Assembly (NCBI GenBank): GCA_046052125.1
Contig: JBJOMY010000005.1
Coordinates: forward strand, 160,001-224,000
Source: Cyanobacteriota bacterium
GTDB lineage: Bacteria > Cyanobacteriota > Cyanobacteriia > PCC-6307 > Cyanobiaceae
Length of the DNA: 64,000 nt
Direction of reading: 5' to 3'
The notes beneath the pieces are model-generated. The model worked only from the letters and a program-made list of their open reading frames with translations, searched no databases and was not told the DNA's origin. Shown here piece after piece: positions 59,642 to 64,000 of the stretch; position 1 is the first letter of the stretch, and every line of letters begins with the position of its first letter. A program made the position numbers and the translations under genes.

Positions 59642-60271
59642 TCAGCGTCCCGCAGGGGGTGCCGGCGGGGCTGGTGTTGCAGCGGCTTCAGTGGGCCAAC
59701 TGTCGCGATAGACGTAGACGTGGCCGAGGGTTCGACCGCCGAACTGACGGCGCATCAGCTTCCAACCCGGTTCCGGCACCAGCAGCAGAAAACCGTTTCC
59801 GCTGCCGCCACTGCGGGCCACCACCATCTCCGGACCGGCGCCAGCTTTGGTGGGCAGGGCCATCAGCAGCGTGTCACCCGCTTCCTTCAGCACGCTGAGG
59901 CGATACACCGTGCCCAGATCGCCGTTGCCGATGCGCAAGGAGTAGCCGTTGCCATCGATGAACCGGTTGCAGATCCCGGTGAAATCAAAGGTGGACAGCA
60001 GCGGATTCACGACCGCAGGCTTGCTGCCTTCCACGGCGTAGCAGGGGCGAGCCGCCGTGCGTTGCTCATAGATGTTGAGCTGGGCGCGGCTGCCATCGCC
60101 GATGGGCGCCGACACGATCACGAACTTGCTCTGATCCACCTCAACCGCCCCGAAGAGCGACTGGGCGACAGCCGGTTGAGGCCCCACCCAAGCCAGAGCA
60201 CCGGCCAAAGGCAGCGCGCCCACCAGAGACAGCCGTGCGGCGAGGGTGCGGACCGAATGAATCACAGACAC
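59642..60271 (-). CDS. DUF3747 exported protein
   Basis: [44 protein letters not shown]. Confidence 0.85.
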   Translation of the reverse strand: MSVIHSVRTLAARLSLVGALPLAGALAWVGPQPAVAQSLFGAVEVDQSKFVIVSAPIGDGSRAQLNIYEQRTAARPCYAVEGSKPAVVNPLLSTFDFTGICNRFIDGNGYSLRIGNGDLGTVYRLSVLKEAGDTLLMALPTKAGAGPEMVVARSGGSGNGFLLLVPEPGWKLMRRQFGGRTLGHVYVYRDSWPTEAAATPAPPAPPAGR

Positions 60272-60321
60272 AAGCTTGCAGCCCGTGGATCGTAGAAGTG
60301 CCGGACGGGAGCGCCAGCCCC

Positions 60322-60519
60322 TCAGGCCGGCTTGTTGATCCGGATCGCCACCAGCAGGCTGAGCACCGTGCCAGGCAAGGCCAGCCCCAGGATCAGCCTG
60401 GTGGTGGACACACCCAGATCAGGATCGCCATAGGCGAGCTCAAACACAGAACCGGTAGCGGCGATCCCGAGCAGGCAGGCCAGGGCCAGGAAGACACCGG
60501 CCAAGGGTTTCATCGGCAT
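60322..60519 (-). CDS. Small two-TM conserved hypothetical protein
   Basis: IAATGSVFELAYGDPDLG between two hydrophobic helices. Confidence 0.75.
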   Translation of the reverse strand: MPMKPLAGVFLALACLLGIAATGSVFELAYGDPDLGVSTTRLILGLALPGTVLSLLVAIRINKPA

Positions 60520-60531
60520 GGAATCAGGGCC

Positions 60532-61134
60532 TCAGGCGATCGAGTGAACGTCGGCGGGATTGAAGCCCTTCTCACCCAGGCCCTCGCGCAGCTTGTCGTG
60601 ATCGGTGACGCGATCCACAAACAGCACACCATTGAGATGGTCCATTTCGTGCTGGATGCAACGGGCCATCAGGCCATCTGCCTTCATGCGCTTCGGCCGG
60701 CCCATCTCATCGCGGTAGCTCACCTCCACCACACTCGGGCGCACCACATCGAGATAGACGCCGGGGATGCTCAGGCAACCCTCCTCGTAGGTACAGAGGC
60801 TGCCGCCTACAGCGCTGATCTCCGGATTGATCAGGATCAACGGCGCGCTCTTGGGATCCTCGATCTCCAGATCGATCACCAGGAGCTGCAGAGGCTGACC
60901 AATCTGGGGGGCAGCCAGGCCGATGCCGCGGGCTGCATACATACTCACGAGCATGTCGCGGGCCAGCTGACGGACGCTGTCATCCACCTTGCCGATGCGC
61001 TTGGCAGGCGAGCGCAGCACCTGATCCCCGAGGGTGTGGATGTCGTAGGGAGGGTTATCCACCGGCTCCTTCGACACCTGCAACCGGCCGGCATGTTCGG
61101 CGGACCGCGCCAATCTGGCGAAGCTGCTGGCCAA
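60532..61134 (-). CDS. def: Peptide deformylase
   Basis: GIGLAAPQIG, EGCLSIPG, QHEMDHLNG. Start placed at TTG 61134. Confidence 0.97.
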   Translation of the reverse strand: MASSFARLARSAEHAGRLQVSKEPVDNPPYDIHTLGDQVLRSPAKRIGKVDDSVRQLARDMLVSMYAARGIGLAAPQIGQPLQLLVIDLEIEDPKSAPLILINPEISAVGGSLCTYEEGCLSIPGVYLDVVRPSVVEVSYRDEMGRPKRMKADGLMARCIQHEMDHLNGVLFVDRVTDHDKLREGLGEKGFNPADVHSIA

Positions 61135-61186
61135 AGCTTGTCCTCGCTGGCGTTGTCGTTCAGGCGATTCTAGGAGCCATCGCTGA

Positions 61187-63112
61187 ATGGCCTCGGTGCG
61201 CACCAGCCCTGCCCCCCTCTCCGCCGAGCTGGTGTTGGGCAAGACCCCCAGCATCAAAGAACCCAAGCTTCTCGGCGGCGTTCTCTACTGGCTGGAGCAG
61301 CGCCCTCAGGAGCAGGGCCGCACCACCTTGATGGCCCGCCGCAGCCCCGATCAAGCGGCCGTGGAGCTCACGCCAGGGGCTTGGAACCTGCGTTGCCGCG
61401 TCCATGAATACGGAGGCGGTGCCTGCGCCATCGGCCGCCTGGGCAGCGGTGAGCCCGTTGCCGTGTTCGTACACGACGCTGATCGCTGCCTCTGGCTGCT
61501 CTCCCTGAGTGGCGACAACCCACAACCCCAACGGCTCACCCCACCCGGCAGCGACGACCGCTTCCCTGGAGCCCTCGGTGGCGGCGTGATCGATCCCAGC
61601 CACAACCGCTGGATCGGTGTTGTGGAAGCCGATGGCCAGGATCAGCTAGTGGCCGTGTCGCTGCGGGGCGGTGAACCACAGCCGCTGCACAGTCCGGCGG
61701 ATTTCTGCGGCTACCCCGCCCTCAGCCCGAGCGGACGGCAGCTGGCCTGGGTGGAGTGGCAGCAGCCCTGCATGCCCTGGGACCGCAGCCAGCTCTGGCT
61801 GGCCGAGATCCAGCCCGATGGAAGCCTCGCTTCAGCTCGAGCCATCGCTGGCTCGACGCCGACGGATGCCCAGGGCTGCTCGGTGTTTCAGCCGATCTGG
61901 GCCGGAGGCGATCTGGTGGTGAGCCATGACCGCAGCGGTTTCTGGAACCTGGAGCGCTGGGCTGGAGCCGATGGAGCCTCCGCTGCAGAGCCCCAATGGC
62001 AGCCGCTGTTGCCGATGCAGGCGGACTTCGCCATGCCCCAATGGGTGTTCGGCATGAGCACCCATGCCTGGGATGGTGAGCGCCTCGTGGCGATCTGCTG
62101 CCGCGAAGGCAGCTGGAAGCTGGGCGCACTAACGCTGCCCAGCGAGCCGAGCAGCACTGCCGCGTGGCAGGCGATCGGGACACCCTTCAGCGATCTCGCC
62201 GATCTCTGTGCGGAAGCAGGGCAGCTCGCGTGTGTGGCCAGCAGCGCCACAGAACCCTCGGGCCTGCTGGAGCTGACCTTGAGCAGTGGCCAGTGGCGGC
62301 ATCAACCCGCCGCCCCCTGTCCCGTGCCAGCCGAGGCGATCAGCCAGGCGCAGCAGCTCTGGTTCGAGGGCCACGGCGGCATGCGCACCCACGCCTGGTT
62401 TTACCCGCCGGCCGGCGGGGGCCACCCTGAGGCACCTCTGCTGGTGAAGAGCCACAGCGGCCCAACCAGCATGGCCCGCACGGGACTGAGCCTGGGCATT
62501 CAGTTCTGGACGTCCCGGGGCTGGGGCGTGGTGGATGTGAATTACGGCGGCTCCACCGGTTTCGGCCGCGCCTACCGCGAACGGCTCGATGGCCAGTGGG
62601 GCGTGGTGGATGTGGCCGACTGCGCGGCCGCTGCCGACACCTTGGTGGCCCAGGGGCTCGCCAGCGCGGAACGCATCGCCATCGAAGGGGGAAGCGCCGG
62701 TGGCTTCACCACCCTCGCCGCCCTGTGCTTCACCTCCACTTTCCGCGCCGGCGCCAGCCGCTACGGCGTCGCCGATCTCAGCTCCCTGGCCGCCGACACC
62801 CATCGCTTTGAGGCTCGCTATCTCGACAGCCTCGTCGGGCCCTGGCCCGTAGCGAAGGCCACCTACGACGCGCGCTCGCCGCTGCAGCATGCCGGCCGCA
62901 TCCGCTGTCCGGTGATTTTTTTTCAGGGGCTCGAGGATCTGGTGGTGCCACCGGAGCAAACCGAGCGGATGGCTGCAGCCCTTGAGGCCAACGGCGTGCC
63001 GGTGGAGGTGCACCTCTTCGCCGATGAAGGCCATGGCTTCCGCAACGGAGCCACCCAGATCCAGGTGCTGGAAGCCACGGAAGCGTTTTTCCGCCGCCAC
63101 TTTCAGCTGTGA
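61187..63112 (+). CDS. S9 family (prolyl oligopeptidase-like) peptidase
   Basis: HSGPT, NYGGSTGFGRAYR, GGSAGG nucleophile motif, D..VPP, EGHGF. Confidence 0.93.
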   Translation: MASVRTSPAPLSAELVLGKTPSIKEPKLLGGVLYWLEQRPQEQGRTTLMARRSPDQAAVELTPGAWNLRCRVHEYGGGACAIGRLGSGEPVAVFVHDADRCLWLLSLSGDNPQPQRLTPPGSDDRFPGALGGGVIDPSHNRWIGVVEADGQDQLVAVSLRGGEPQPLHSPADFCGYPALSPSGRQLAWVEWQQPCMPWDRSQLWLAEIQPDGSLASARAIAGSTPTDAQGCSVFQPIWAGGDLVVSHDRSGFWNLERWAGADGASAAEPQWQPLLPMQADFAMPQWVFGMSTHAWDGERLVAICCREGSWKLGALTLPSEPSSTAAWQAIGTPFSDLADLCAEAGQLACVASSATEPSGLLELTLSSGQWRHQPAAPCPVPAEAISQAQQLWFEGHGGMRTHAWFYPPAGGGHPEAPLLVKSHSGPTSMARTGLSLGIQFWTSRGWGVVDVNYGGSTGFGRAYRERLDGQWGVVDVADCAAAADTLVAQGLASAERIAIEGGSAGGFTTLAALCFTSTFRAGASRYGVADLSSLAADTHRFEARYLDSLVGPWPVAKATYDARSPLQHAGRIRCPVIFFQGLEDLVVPPEQTERMAAALEANGVPVEVHLFADEGHGFRNGATQIQVLEATEAFFRRHFQL

Positions 63113-63139
63113 GCCGGCAACCGTTGCCAAGGGGGCGCC

Positions 63140-64000
63140 ATGACTGAACTGCTGCCGGGCAGCTGGAGCGTCGGCACCTTCCACGAACTGGCCTGGCTGG
63201 CCCTAGCTGGATCTGTGCTCAGCCTGATCCTCGCGGCAGGCCGCCGCATTGGCCGGCGCTTGCAGCTGCGGCTCTGGGGTGTGCCCGAGGCGCTGGTGGC
63301 GGGGCTGATTGGGCTGCTGATGGCGCCCTCTGGATTGCTGCCCCTACTGCCCGATCACCTGATGGAGCTGTGGGGAGATCTGCCGCTGGTGTTGCTCACA
63401 CTCGTGTTCGGTTCGTTGATGCTCGGCAAACCGTTGCCGAAGCTCGGCGGGCTCTGGCGCCCGGTGAGCGGCCAAGTGTGTTTGGCCTTGGTGCTGGCCT
63501 TCGGGCAATACGTGGTGGGCGGACTGGCCGTGCTGCTGGTGCTCCAACCCCTGCTGGGCGTGAGTCCGGTGATGGCCTGCCTGATTGAGGTGGCCTACGA
63601 GGGCGGCCATGGGTCCGCCGCTGCGATGGGGCCGAGCTACGCGGCCCTGGGATTTCCAGGTGGCCAGGATCTCGGCCTGGCGATGGCCACCGTTGGCCTG
63701 CTGAGCTCCACCCTGATCGGCGGCGTGGTGGTGGTGGTGGGCCGGCAACGGGGTTGGCTATTGGCCCAGGTCACGCCAACGAGCTCAGAGCTCGCTGCGT
63801 CCCCAGCTGCGGATGGCTCCTCCAGCCCAGCCTCGCCAGCCCCCAGGCCCCCTTGGGCCGCCTGGGCCGTGAACCTTGGCCTGGTTGGCATCGCCGTGTT
63901 GATCGGCGTGGTGCTGCTGCAACTCGTGCAACTCGGCACCGATGCGATCGGCGGGGGCGTCGCCGAAGTGGGCCAATCCCTGCCGGTGTTCCCACTGGCG
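63140..64000 (+). CDS. Sodium:glutamate symporter (GltS-like), partial, runs off window
   Basis: ATG 63140; WGVPEALVAG, ACLIEVAYEGGHGSAAAMG, GLAMATVGLL. Confidence 0.85.
   Translation, partial: MTELLPGSWSVGTFHELAWLALAGSVLSLILAAGRRIGRRLQLRLWGVPEALVAGLIGLLMAPSGLLPLLPDHLMELWGDLPLVLLTLVFGSLMLGKPLPKLGGLWRPVSGQVCLALVLAFGQYVVGGLAVLLVLQPLLGVSPVMACLIEVAYEGGHGSAAAMGPSYAALGFPGGQDLGLAMATVGLLSSTLIGGVVVVVGRQRGWLLAQVTPTSSELAASPAADGSSSPASPAPRPPWAAWAVNLGLVGIAVLIGVVLLQLVQLGTDAIGGGVAEVGQSLPVFPLA

Noticed and set aside
1..64000. CRISPR array, IS element or integrase
   Set aside because: No regularly spaced repeats and no transposase or recombinase motifs in any ORF.

Overview
GC-rich chromosomal segment of a picocyanobacterium (Cyanobium/Synechococcus-type), supported by chlG, petP, psbX, hli, ycf66 and a permuted two-piece tmRNA encoding the tag ANNIVRFSRQAAPVAA. 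Most of the window is core genome: comEC, glyQ, ubiE/menG, hisF, chlG, a class A PBP, rsmB, trmH, lepA, serS, mqo, rseP, rpsN, pnp, cysQ, rsmI, a DnaJ-family gene, smc, msrB, accC, comM, rpsU, def and three tRNAs. The main accessory region (~13.9-24.4 kb) is a type IV pilin locus. It has an OmpR regulator, a stand-alone receiver and a histidine kinase next to a major pilin, followed by two mirror-image four-gene minor-pilin operons (PilX-, PilV-, FimT-, PilW-like) that converge tail to tail. One operon is visibly GC-poor and ends in a prepilin-RTX fusion; the other has host-like composition and includes an apparently leaderless pilin. Other notable points: (1) a DUF4160/DUF2442 toxin-antitoxin-like cassette between 29-bp direct repeats that duplicate the 3' end of an ATL/MGMT gene, with no integrase; (2) a small protein made of two nitrile-hydratase-leader-like repeats with no core peptide; (3) an orphan Nif11-like peptide and an RTX protein beside the tmRNA gene. 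No CRISPR array, transposase, integrase or reverse transcriptase was seen. All calls come from reading motifs by eye; no database searches or GC calculations were run.
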